From Eledone cirrhosa (taxonomy: Eukaryota): a stretch of DNA of 64,000 nt. Numbering within the stretch: position 1 is the stretch's first letter; the number at the start of each line of letters is the position of its first letter. The stretch lies in the NCBI GenBank assembly GCA_964016885.1, contig OZ024742.1:121582001-121646000 (forward strand). Direction: 5' to 3'. The position numbers were made by a program, and so were the translations under genes. The notes under the pieces are model-generated. The model had not been told where the DNA came from and made no database searches. It saw only the letters and a list, made by a program, of their open reading frames with translations. Below are positions 1 to 12,643 of this stretch, in pieces.

Positions 1-96
1 GGCACAAGGCCAGCAATTACCCAGTACATTACTGGTACTTTATTTTATCGACCCCGTAAGGATGAAAGGCAAAGTTAACCTCGGCGGGATTTGAAC
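1..96 (-). mobile_element. tRNA-derived SINE family 1, partial copy (runs off window edge)
   Basis: Reverse complement matches the core GTTCAAATCCCGCCGAGGTTAACTTTGCCTTTCATCCTTACGGGGTCGATAAAATAAAGTACCAGT seen in the full copy at 45025-45206. Confidence 0.85.
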
Positions 97-357
97 ATAA
101 TGAAATGAGAGGAGGCTGGATTTGTGTAAATCCTTGAAAGGTTTATTATACTATGATCATTTCAATGACCGGGTTCCGTATGAATCCGGTGATATCATCA
201 GGTATTCGAAATATAATACGTGAATGTAATAACGTGAATGTAATAGATAAAATCCATGGGGCTGAAAATCGAGGACCCGAGGGCGACCGCTATTATTACA
301 TTACGATTGACCATACGGAATAGACCAGCTCTATACAGTGGTGAACCTCAAACCTGA

Positions 358-401
<44 letters not shown>

Positions 402-449
402 CAAAGGATTTGTGGTAAGGAACCAGATGGACCATAACGCACCAGAGTA

Positions 450-493
<44 letters not shown>

Positions 494-1859
494 GAAAAAA
501 CGGAGTTTAAAACTCGCGTTAATCCCATGTAATTTAATGAGCTCAAAGGAATAAGTACCGGGCTCTTCATATATAGAGAAGAAAATACATAAAGGGTATG
601 TTTTCAATTATGAGGGGTAGAGAATCACTAGAGTAAAGAACATAAAGTCTACGAAAAGTGTGGAAAATACATAATAATTAAAAAAGTAAATTAAAATGTA
701 CATACCCACCTTTATAACTATAAAACACCTGGACAAACTCAAAGAAGTGAATGTTTCGCTATAAACAGTGTTGGTGCCATAACATCTCACGGTACGTCGG
801 CAGGTGTAAATAAGATACAGTGAACACTTCTAAAGAGACTTTAGACAACTGAAATATCGCACATGGTGAGAGAAAAAACGAAAACCTGCGCGCCAGACAG
901 TATATAGTGGTTTGAATGAATCAAGAAACCGCTAGAAATGGCAGTCTATAACCATTCAACCTAAAAAGCTCGACTAACATAAAGAAATTAGGAGCCAAAA
1001 TATCAAATGTAAAACGGAGTTAAAGCCTTGCGTTAATCCCCTGTAATTTAATGAACTCAAGGAAGTCTTTTACTCCGTTTTTTTCATTTGATATATTTTC
1101 ATTTTTTTCGGACAATGGAATAATTAATACTTCAAATCTATAATCCTGAAATCAAATCTTAATATCCATTCTCTGAAATTGTGTTCTTGTGCGACAAATG
1201 TGCCACAGGGAAGCAAATGTGCCTCACCAGCACAAAGTAGATTGGTAAAATAATTTTGATCAACACAATCAGGAGAACAAAACTGAGTTTCTGTGTGTAC
1301 AATGAAATATTGAAAATTAGGAAGCCTTACTTTTCTCACAGATCCAGATGATAATAAAAATGTTTTCTATTTCCAGAGACAAGCAAATACTCATGGGAAA
1401 ACGCCCGTATATTTCTAAAAATCGTTTTAATCTAGCCCTCATACGGATAAAACTAGGAAAAAAAAACGAGATTAAAAAATCGTTGCAGCTGTACTAAGCG
1501 GATAAAATCAAATCTAAATGTTTCCTTCCGTTATGCATATCAATCTTTATTCTTGTAATAAATAAATAAAAATATCGGCTTGTTCAATGTCACGATGGCA
1601 CATAAACTGATGAACGTGCTCATATTTTCCATCTACCGAAAAGTGATATAAAAAGTTCTTTTTCCCAGCCAAGTAAACAGCAACATATTGAACATCCAGA
1701 TATATGAGTGGATGTGAGTAGTTATGTGTATATAATAGTAGTCTACCAGACATGAAATTCCCACAGTAACCTAGAATATAAAAACTGAAAAGAACTGGAT
1801 ATAATCAAATACACGTAGTTCCAGAAGAGGATAGTCTTCAAGTTTGACACATTAATTCA

Positions 1860-2735
1860 TGCAAAGGCAACCTTGTTGGTACCTCAAAAATACTTTATCA
1901 GAACGCAGTTCCACTAAAGGAAAATCTTCAAGCTGTACACCTAAAATCTTGCAAAGTCAGCTTTGTCCGTTCCTCCAATATATTTTATCGGGGCTATGTA
2001 AATGCTGAATGACTAATCCAGAAATGTTTAAAGAAGCAATAATAACACTGATTCATATATTGGCAGATCCGAAAGAAGCAATAAACTACCTGAGTTACTT
2101 ACATTTTTACCTTTCAAAAGGTCTGGAGAAAATCATTTGCAGAAGAATAACACATTTTTAGAGCAATAAAAGCTTTTTAGCAACACGAAGGAAATCGACA
2201 AAATTCCAGCAACACAACCAAATACTGAAGTCTCCTATTTATATTGATTAAGAGTTGATTGTGTATATTTTGATTTCGCAAAACTCTTAAAATAAGGTTG
2301 TCCTTGCAATTATGTTAGCAGCTGTAAAGCAATAGCATAACGATGCTTCAATTGTGGGATGATTCAAGAAGAAGAATATGTATTGTATCATATAGGAGAA
2401 CGGTGGATAAGTAGTATCGGTAGGATGTCGGACAACATGCTTTGCGGCATGTAGTTACATCCCTTTACATTCTGAGTTCAAATCTCGCTGAGGTTAGCTT
2501 TGCCTTTCATCCTTATGGGGTCGATACCAGCAACGCACTGGGATCGATTTAACTGACTATCCCCTCCCTCAAAATTGTTGGTCTTGTGATTAAGTCAGAA
2601 ACCCTTATATCGTACAGAGTGGTTGTAATATGGGGATGAATGTATAAACCTATTAGGAGAAAAATATCAATGTTCTACTGAAGAAATATCTATTATGTTC
2701 TTGTCAAGGACATAGTGTTCCTGACTGATATACTT
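1860..2735 (+). pseudogene. Highly decayed CR1/L2-type LINE reverse-transcriptase remnant, interrupted by a SINE
   Basis: GTTGATTGTGTATATTTTGATTTCGCAAAA at ~2254 reads VDCVYFDFAK, like the RT motif (Y/F)LDFxKAFD. No open frame remains. Confidence 0.4.
2400..2605 (+). mobile_element. SINE family 1 copy
   Basis: B box GAGTTCAAATCTC and core GCTTTGCCTTTCATCCTTATGGGGTCGAT; ends ...GTCAGAAAC. Confidence 0.8.
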
Positions 2736-3785
2736 AACCCTCCGCTATCCCGGTTCACCTGGATGAAAATAGGTTCACCTGGATGAAAAAAAATTTATCG
2801 TGGAGATACTTTGCCACAGTAGATACTCGGAGAACTGTTTAGGGGATGCGTGATTATTCATTTATTTATTTTTCTTTTAGTTCTATCTGCACATTAACCT
2901 TTTTGTGACTCTTCACAAACACGAAGTCTTCAATGCTGCAATGAACATCCAGCTATTTAAATAACATCTCTATCTTGAAGAAAATATCAAATATATATTT
3001 CCCAATGTCAATCTTCTTGAAATTAATTGAGTTTGTAGCCATAAAGAAAATTAATTCTTTCTCTAAAAGCTATCAATGTAATTAGTAACAAAAAAGAAGA
3101 AAACCCGAAAATGCGTAGATAACACAAAACTTTAGTTTGAAATAGAATTAACGATTATTTGTTTGTTGTGATACAAAACAAATCAAAATACATAAATTTG
3201 AAAAAAAATCAAATACTAACGAATAATAATTAAATGAAGTTTAAGTTAACAATCAAAATGACACGTATCTAAAGAGTTAATTATAAAAGGATGCACGATT
3301 TGATTGAAAATAAATGTTTATTTTGTTTGTACCTAAAACATCAAAATATTCTGATATCTTTTTCTTTCGCCTCACTAAATGTCTAGATTTTATTTTAGAA
3401 TAGATAAAACATACGATGAACTTCATAAAACTAAGCAAATTATATTTAATTTAAACCGTCTCTATCAGCATTTCTCTATTTTAACCACTTAATGGAAACA
3501 TTCTATAGGCAAGAAGAGATCATATGCTGTTCTTCATATTCGAAAATTCCCATCCATACTCTAATACAGGTACAACATTTTTAGCTACAGAATGTTTCAA
3601 TTTTGTATACTAAATATGAAAGTTGATAATTGTATCCGTATACGTTTTCAAGTGTAAATTGAGCAAAGAAATGTAAATAAATTAAAAATCTATTTCTATC
3701 TCTCTGTGTGCAGAATATGTTGGGATTATTTTTACTACTTTTATCTCTATCTGTAAACCGGTGAACAGCGGACACGCTAGGTCAA
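2735..3785. mobile_element. Possible old piggyBac-like non-autonomous element
   Basis: Left end TTAA|CCCTCCGCTATCCCGGTTCACC; weakly complementary right end CCGGTGAACAGCGGACACGCTAGGTCAA. AT-rich non-coding interior. Confidence 0.3.
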
Positions 3786-5906
3786 ATTGAACATTGGATG
3801 ATTGAATGACATATTACCATATCAACTGTATGATAGACTTAATCATTCGCCTAGTTTAATAGACCTTGTGTGTATTTATCAGAGTTCACTTTGTTGAAAT
3901 CATTTGAGCCAGGTTTCCTGCTTAATATGTCCTCTCCCCTCTCTCTCACCTCTCTCGAAAAACCTGACAAGGCTGTAGACGGAGAACGAGTTGCCACACG
4001 TTACGTCCCAGAGTAGCTAACTAAGCACCATAGATGAACAAATACGTGAGACTGGCTGATGTGGAGTTACAACTAATACCAATAATTGTTTTTAGCCCCA
4101 AGTCAAACGGCCTATTAATGAAAAGGCCTTTCACCCATGACCACACTGTCGTTTTAGGAGTATGTCTTGGGCTACATTATATAATGTGTCTTCTCCTCAT
4201 TTAAGAAAATAAATTAATACAAATCGGTTACTATTTCTTGCAAGCCAAGCGACCACACAGAGGCTCATTTAACAATATCAGCAACTAGTAAATCACTCTA
4301 ATTTCGTTGCAATTTCGGTCAAATTACAGTCAAGTTACATCTAACTCTCCTGCTGAGCAATGTCCATGTTAAAAAAATCAACATCTGATGTTTCATGGTT
4401 TAGTTAATTCTGCGTAATCAGCAACGACGATATTGCGTTAATTTATCAGTTTGTACTTAGAACAATGGGGTGTTTCTTTACTGATAAACATATAAACATA
4501 TAAACAAACGAAACAAACATGCAAAAACAACCGAGAACAATGAACGAATGAGGGAAATATGGAAATGACTAAGAACAATGGCTGAAAATAAATATATAAA
4601 TCGTTATTTTCCCGGAAGATTAAATTCAACGTTACATACTGAGTTTTTCACTCCCGCCCGCCATTATTCACACTCTCTCTATATCATTAATAGCATCATA
4701 ATCATCAAAATAAAAATCACCATTAATATCACATAAATAAAGATAGATATACACATGCACATACACATATTTTCTTATATTGATACAAATATGTTCATTT
4801 TTGTTTCTTATGTATAATTCGTTTTCTGTAATAGACGAAAACTATTTTGTATACGATAATAGTAAAAAAAAATGGCTTAAGGAAATAATAACATGAAAGG
4901 AGTAAGTTTAATAACGACAGTATCATAACTTTTACATTACCACCGAGAGGCATATGAAAACTCCATAAATACAAATAACTTCTCATATGCATGATGGTCT
5001 TTCTACATTGTATTGAATCGTCGTAACAGTAGTTCAATACTGTATTGTGAGCCGTTTGAAATCACTACCTACTATTGATAGGTGTTCTTATGAAGCTATG
5101 AGCTATTAAGATTCGCAATTGATTTTTTTTACGTAATAACTCTTCCCTATTCAAAATCGTTACTAACATGTATATATTTCTTTTTAAAAAAAAGGAGAAA
5201 ATCTATTTACTGCGGGTTGTTTTAGAATATTTTCTGTAATCAATATTGGAGAAATCTGTGTTAAATATATTTTGTGAATGTTTTTAAATCAAGCTACTTT
5301 GAAAGAAATGAAATCATGTAAACTCACGTGGTATTGATAAAATTATGACTAAATATATATTTAAAAAAAAGAAGAAAATTATAACTGACTAAAAACTCCA
5401 TTCAACTGATATGAAATATAGTTGAGAGAATTATTTTAATGCGAACAATTGAAATATATCAATGAACTAAAGTAAAGTAGTTCAGGTAAAGTTGTTAAGT
5501 TCAAGGACTGAACATTGTTGTAACTGAAGATTTCGAGTTTAGAACTTTGTATGTTAATATTACGGTGAATTGGCAGAGTCATTAAAACGTCGATTAGAAT
5601 GCTGTGCAGTATTCGTTTTGGCTATCTGCTCTCCAAGTTCAAATACCACCGAGGTCAACTTTGCCTTTAATCCATTCAAGGTCGATGAAAAGTACCACTC
5701 CAATACTGGGTCGATTCTCCCTTTATATCTCATCCTCACTCTCTATCATTCTATGGAAGAAATCTAGTGTATTCAGACATGGAGAGGAGATAGGCTCTGC
5801 CTAGTTTAAAGAAAACCCATAGAAACGCCGTATGTCAATACGGTGCCCCTACGACTCCCCCAGGAGTTACGAGTCCATACATACACCCTAATATTTGTTA
5901 TTTCCA

Positions 5907-6115
5907 AGGTGGTCGATTGGCAGCAGCGTTAGAGTGTCGGAAAACATGCTTTGTGGCATAGAGTTACATCCCTTTAAGTTCTGAGTTCAAATTCCACCGA
6001 GGTTAGCTTTGTCCTTACAAGGTCGATAAAATAAAGTACCAGTAACGCACTGGGGTCAATTTAATCGACTTTCCCCTCCCGCAAAATTGCTGGTCTTGTG
6101 CCTAAATCAGAAAAC
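5907..6115 (+). mobile_element. SINE family 1 copy with target-site duplication
   Basis: A and B boxes and core present; AATATTTGTTATTT occurs on both flanks. Confidence 0.8.
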
Positions 6116-6829
6116 AATATTTGTTATTTTCTTGCTCTATATTTTGTAAGATCCACTGTTTTATGGGGACATTTTTGAAGACTTTATCTTCATGGATTGT
6201 ATCTAGAATAAAGTCAGCTTAGTGAAGTGAATTCTTTAACAAGTTATATTCCTAAGGCATGTGTTGAACTCACCCTTGCAACGTAGAAATTCTCATCAAA
6301 CACATATTAATGCTTATTTACAACTAAATATTTGCGTTTCATTATCACGAACCACCCCAGACCCGTGACAAAATATTCTCTGCACTCATGGGTTAATAAT
6401 TCAATATTCAAGCAAGTTGGTCAGGCAGAAATGTGCATGATATACGTATAGATAACTGAATCCATCAGATTGCAATAATGTATGACCATCTTTCTATCAC
6501 TACAGACATTTCTAGCAGCATTATAGCAATCTGTCACATATGTATGACCTCCTTAAAATATATAATCCTAGGGTTCCACAAATCACAGCAGGTCATTTGG
6601 TAAACTGTTTTCTGAGAATAACTACTTTATATGTAAAAAAAATCAGTATAATTCGTATGACAAGAAAAGGCAACCCAAACATGGTCAGCCTTGATGGGGA
6701 GAGCGTATTTAAAATAGTTTCAACAGATGAGGCAGTGTCAGTTGTCAGAAAAAGACAGGTAAAATCCTAAGTTTCCATAAGCCGAACAAATACCAACTGA
6801 TACCAGCATGAAGGGTTTTATTCTCTTAT

Positions 6830-7205
6830 TCTTTTGTTTTGGTCAGGAGACTGCTTCGATGCTGGAGCGCCACCTGAATTTAGTCAATCATATATACACT
6901 CTAATACTCCTTTCAAGTCCAATACTGATTTTAGTCATCTCGCTTTTGTTGAATCGTTAAGTTACGTGCCAAACATCTAGAGAAACAATCGCAAACACAC
7001 TCTCTCTCTCTCTCTCTCCCACACACACACATGAACACATACATATAAGACGGATTTCTGTAGATTCCGCCTACCATATTTCCCTCAAAAGTCATTGGTC
7101 ATCCCGAGGCTACAGTAGAAATTACTTGCCCAAGGTGCCACGCAGCGGTATTGAACTCAGAACTAATTGGTTGTGAAGTAAACTCCTTAACCACCCAGCC
7201 ATACC
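6830..7205 (-). mobile_element. tRNA-derived CORE-type SINE (family 2, Octopus-like)
   Basis: Minus strand reads GGCTGGGTGGTTAAGGAG...GAGTTCAATACCGCTGCGTGGCACCTTGGGCAAG...CTACTGTAGCCTCGGG, then a (TG)n/(GA)n block. Resembles, from memory, an abundant Octopus SINE. Confidence 0.65.
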
Positions 7206-10001
7206 TGTACCTATGCTATGATAACAATGTGGTTAAATGAGTAATATTCACTTCAAATTTACAGTTTATCAGCAATTGGAAGGAATCACCATTATCATCA
7301 TCAATGGTATAATTCATCTACATAGTATACTTCAACGAATCGAACCTGAACAGTTAAACAGCAAAATCTAAACGTGGTGAAAGTATATGGATAAGATTTG
7401 TGTACGCTGGCAAACCCCCGCGGAAATACCTTTGCGGTCTTGTCCTTGCATCTTCATTCATTTTACGTTTTTAAATATCTGTGTTGTTTTATCTGAAATA
7501 GATTTGTTTCCTTTTTTATTTTATTAATAAAAGGCTTGTATGCTGAAGTTGTAGACCACATGCACTTACCATGTACGCCAATCCAGTTTATTCTGGAAAA
7601 AAACAGAACAACAAAATACCACTTTTTAATGTATTCGTGTAAAAGACAGATGTCAGAACATCAGTGTATCGAACACTAAATGTCTCTGGATTCTGTTTCA
7701 GCACATTCACACAGTATTGAGAAAGGAATTCACCTGTGCCATTATACCACCTTACATAGAATAACTATATCATCTGAAATATACATATCTGAATGAAAAA
7801 TACCCACCCTATGATATAATACACATAGCCACTCTCATATACAAAGTGAAGGTTAAACTAAACTCAACGCTGCCTTTTCCTTACTGCCAAACCTTTGCCA
7901 GAAAATTAAGAAAATTTGCAGCACCAGAAGTGCGCCCAGTAACAGTACACTGCTGCAATTCCTCCTTAAAATTAAACGTATTCATGAGTAGCTAGAACAT
8001 CTAATATCCTGAACTTCTAATACTTAATGCATTTACGGAAAGAATCTTATGATGAATAAACTGGGAGGATCCTAAAGGTCAAAATAGAAAATATGGGAAA
8101 ACTTTAATGAGAGGAAAAACATCTAAGTTAGGAATGGTTGAAAATATATCTAGCAACGAAGGAAATCATATACCACTATGAAACGAAATGTCCATAATTG
8201 ATACAGAACCACTATGGAATCTTTGAAGAATCAACGAAGCAGCACATATTTCGCTTGCTGAAAGCCCAATCAATAAGCACAGTGCTGACTCCATCTCAAA
8301 ATGGCTACTTTTACTGAAAGATAAAATAAATAACCTAAAAATATAACATTAATTGTATATGCGGCAGTGATCTAGTGGACAAGAACATTACATTTATTCT
8401 TAGAAATAAAGGTTCCTAATTCAAATCCAGTTTGGTGTTATGTATACATCGAAGGAATAAGACACTTGATGATGAACAGATCAAAACAAAGTGTAATATA
8501 AAAGGAAATGAGGTTAATAGTTCGATATATGATAATCCTATTAAAAACACATCTAAGAATCTCAGAAATGTAGATATTTATAAAGATATATTATTATATG
8601 CTTTTCACGTACACATTAAAATATATTTGTCTTGACATGCAATGATAGTTGGATTGGATACAAAATACGTGCGAATTACATGAAGTTTAAAAAATTGTGC
8701 ATTAAATACAAAAAAACAAACAAACAACATTTTCCTTATCGGAATAAGGTTTTGAAACTACCCCAAATTCATCTAATGTCATAAAACTATTAAGCACTAA
8801 AAATATAGATTTGTATTTATTTCTCAGGCAATATTTTAAGGGTGTGATATCTGATGGAAATTGAATTTTGTCTCTGGTTGGTCGTGTTTTATAATTTATG
8901 AATTTAAGAAAATAGTGAAATTCCTTACCATCTGGGAATTTTAAAATGAAGAAAATAAATAGATTGAATTTTTGTTATTATAACGTAAGGAACGTTGACA
9001 TGAATCTATAATAATCTGTCTTGCCTTGACTTTATAGTTAAATAGCAACTGATGCTGTGCTAAAAGGATATTACGACTTTAATTCTGAGTTTAGATACTA
9101 CCCGAAGTTAAATTTACCAATCCATATCAGTTCAATGGTTCATAAAATATATCAACTGATAAAGTATGGATCGATATGTATGTATCAATAAATGTGGCAA
9201 ACTAAGTATTGAAAAATTGACAAAATGACTAACAATTCCAACCACTACACCCTTCCAGAAAAACATCAACATATATCTACACGAAAATAAAAAATATACG
9301 GTGGGAGTTTCTATACGACCGTTTGACTCGCTAGAAATAGTAACTAAATTCTTTTAGAAACCACCCTATGATCTTAAAAAAAGGGATATGATGTATAATG
9401 TCCTAAATATCTCTAAACAGACAAGTCGGTTAAAACTGTGCTGGGACTTAGCTAAACAGCAACAATATTTATTATATAAGTCAACAAAGGAATGACATTT
9501 CATCAATCATTTTCTTTCTTTATATATTTAATCAATTTAAACGTCCGTTTAGAGCTAGTAAGCCATCACAGACGAAGAGAAGTATCTAGTACTTCTTACA
9601 GTTGAGAAACAAAAACAAAAAAACAAACAAGATATACAGAAATAAGTAAATATATAAACAACATAAAATAAAATAAAAAAGTAAATAGGGAAGGCCAGCG
9701 GGAGGCAAAATAAGCATAAAAACAAAACAAAAAAGATAAAGAAAGATTGGGAAAGCAAGGATCCCCCTGTTTAACGACGCCACATTGCTCTTGGGTGTCT
9801 TTAGTGGAACCCGCTCCACTGCAAAATATTCAAGCTAGGAGTTCGATCTGAATATAACTTTCACTTCTCCTTGTACCGGAGCAATACAAAGTACCGGTAC
9901 TCACCCGACTAATTACCTGGGGTTGATACAGTCGATTATTCTTCGTACCATCCAAAATTGTAATCTAGCGCCTATGTGAGAACTCATTATTAAAATTCCC
10001 T

Positions 10002-10220
10002 AGGGCGGTGGATTGGCAGTATCGGTAGAGCTTGGGACAACATGCTTTGCGGCATATACTTATGGCCCTTTACGTTCAGAATTCAAATCCCGCTGCGATT
10101 AGCATTCCTTTTCATCCTTACTAAGTCGATAAAATAAGCATCTGTAATGCACTGGGGTTGATTTAATCGACTTTCCCTTCCCTTCAAAATTGTTGACCTT
10201 GTGCCTAAATCAGAAACCAT
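10002..10220 (+). mobile_element. SINE family 1 copy with target-site duplication
   Basis: GGCGGTGGATTGGCAGTATCGGTAGAG head, core and tail; CATTATTAAAAT on both flanks. Confidence 0.8.
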
Positions 10221-10799
10221 TATTAAAATCCCCCGTGGACTGTAAAATAAGTCGCTGCTGTATGCTGCTATAATTCAATTGCTTATACCCTCCCCTTAAA
10301 AAAACCACTTGATTTGAAACTAAGTGAAACATCTAGCTATCATGAAAAATAAATTAGTGGAATATTCTTTTTATATTTTCTGAAGCTTTTCCTCATACCT
10401 ACGTTGATAATAAAACCTCATTCAGCTTTATATTCAATATTGATTCCTAACATTCCATCACAGAAAAATATTTACATATAAAACACATTTACTAAATACA
10501 TAGGTTTAGAAGTGTTGAATTAAATCACAAACCTTATTGATTTCTCACATTTGCCAGGTCACAAAATCGAATGAGTCGGTACCCGTACAATGTTGTTTCT
10601 GATTTAATCAAAGAGAAAAGATAAAGTTGGCCACAGCAACATTTGAACTCACCGTATAACGGATCATATCGATTTACTGCAAATCATTCTTTTTTACCAT
10701 CACAGGGTTTCAGAGAAGTAACAAAATGAAGTCACCAACATATTGGAATTTGAACTCAGAAGGTAAAACGATAGCTTCTTCCTGTGACGCTAAACTCCA

Positions 10800-11322
10800 T
10801 CAGTTGCAGACTGCGATCAACATGAGATATTTTTCTTCACAAAGTCCGATCACCAGCAGCAGATATTAAAAGCAAAGATCAAGTCCAGTTCATAAGTTGA
10901 TATTATTAAGCCATCTGCCGGCCTCTGCTTCTCTTACTAGCCAACCTTCCTTCCAGGCATAACCTACTCACACCACGAGTTGATCTTTTTATATAGCCGC
11001 ATAGTTTGAGTACTCTTGACTTGACAATTGATGTAATTGGTCTAAGTTTGGTAATGTTGAGCAACTCACTGATACAGATAAGGTTACTGAGCTGCTTGCC
11101 AGTCATAAGTCTCATGATGCGGTTCTGGAATGTAGAGAGTTTCTGAAGTGACCTTGTCGTCCAATTAACACAGTCAAGACCATATAACACAACTGGTAGG
11201 ATGTAAGTATCAAAGATTTTAGCCTTCAAATGATAGGAAACTCGTTTTGATGTTAGTACTTCCTTGTTCTTGTTGAAAGCTGCCCAACCTAGAGCGATGC
11301 GATACTGCGCAGCAACCATTAT
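10800..11322 (-). mobile_element. RTE-clade LINE, 5'-truncated 3' fragment
   Basis: ORF 10906-11319 (RIALGWAAF...KAKIFDTYILPVVLYGLDC...LEGRLASKRSRGR) has the post-RT region typical of RTE elements. Confidence 0.75.
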
Positions 11323-12603
11323 CGAGTACTAACAAACTATATTACGAAAGGTTGTTATATTTCAATGTTATGCATATTGCTATCCTATGGTGCCAGCCTT
11401 GTCAAACACCGTGTCATACAGGGTCTCCTTGAAAATTAAGTATCTGTGGAATGCACCGCTATTTACACGTTGATTTCACGAGAAGGGAGTTTCGAAGATG
11501 GAACAACCGGAGCAATCATCCTCGAAATTGACGGAGGTCCATATATAAATTCCTACATACATACATATACACATACATACACTCACCGGTATATATTCGT
11601 ACATATATGCGTTATCTATGATAGTGGTAAGAAACTTTCAAGAGAGCTGGACAGCAGAAGGTCTTCAGAGAAGAAACGCTGGGAGTTCGATCTGAAGATA
11701 ACTTTTGGTCCTAAACTTTATACATTCTAAGGGGGCAGGTCATGACTCATCGGTGCGCCATGAACTCCTTAGAGTGTAAGAAGTTAAGGGCTAAAATATA
11801 AGAGAGAGAAAACTCAATGCATTTTATTATGAGTATCGGAAAGTTCATTGCTTCAGAGTGAGTAGTCATATCAATCTGGGTGGAAATCTTCCTGCTGTGA
11901 ATTTTTTAAACGAAATTTGTATTTATTTGATTAGAAATGTGAGAAGTGAGCGTGGTCCATGTTCCTGTGTGTATTTTCGGCTGTTTTCTTTGTACTTGCT
12001 TTTATCTGAAGGTGGGAACTTTAATGAGTTTGATTAAGGATGAGTGTGTGTGATGGGTGGGGGAGAATAGGTTAATAAAGCACGGATATATGAGTCTATT
12101 TGTATGACTAGAAAACAAGTGACGAAAGTGGAAAGTATGGTTTGTTAGGAAGTAGGATGGTATGTAAATGGATGCAATAGTACGATAATTGGACAGGTAT
12201 GACAGTTTACTAGTATAAATGTTCGATGAGGCATAAAGATTCTAATAACTGTATAACAGGCATGGTGGTCGAGTACGTTATTTTGGGATAGAAACCATGG
12301 TAGTGTCCATTGATTTGATTTTTATATCTTTGAGTAAACTAACTTGTGGTTGTGTATAGAGCGTAGTGGATAGTAATGTCTCCGAGGGCTGCATATATGC
12401 ACACACATATGCGAGCGCGCGCGCACACACACACATACACGCACACACACTCTCATATAGATATACGAAAACAAATAGAAGCTCATACAAAAATACATAT
12501 ATAAAAACGCAAAAGCACATATACATTCAGAACAGTTATATAGGTGCATGCATACACGACATACAGACACACACATACACCCCCCACACACATCTATATA
12601 TGC

Positions 12604-12640
<37 letters not shown>

Positions 12641-12643
<3 letters not shown>

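Noticed and set aside
11620-12280. Possible decayed retroelement remnant
   Set aside because: No motif could be read with confidence.
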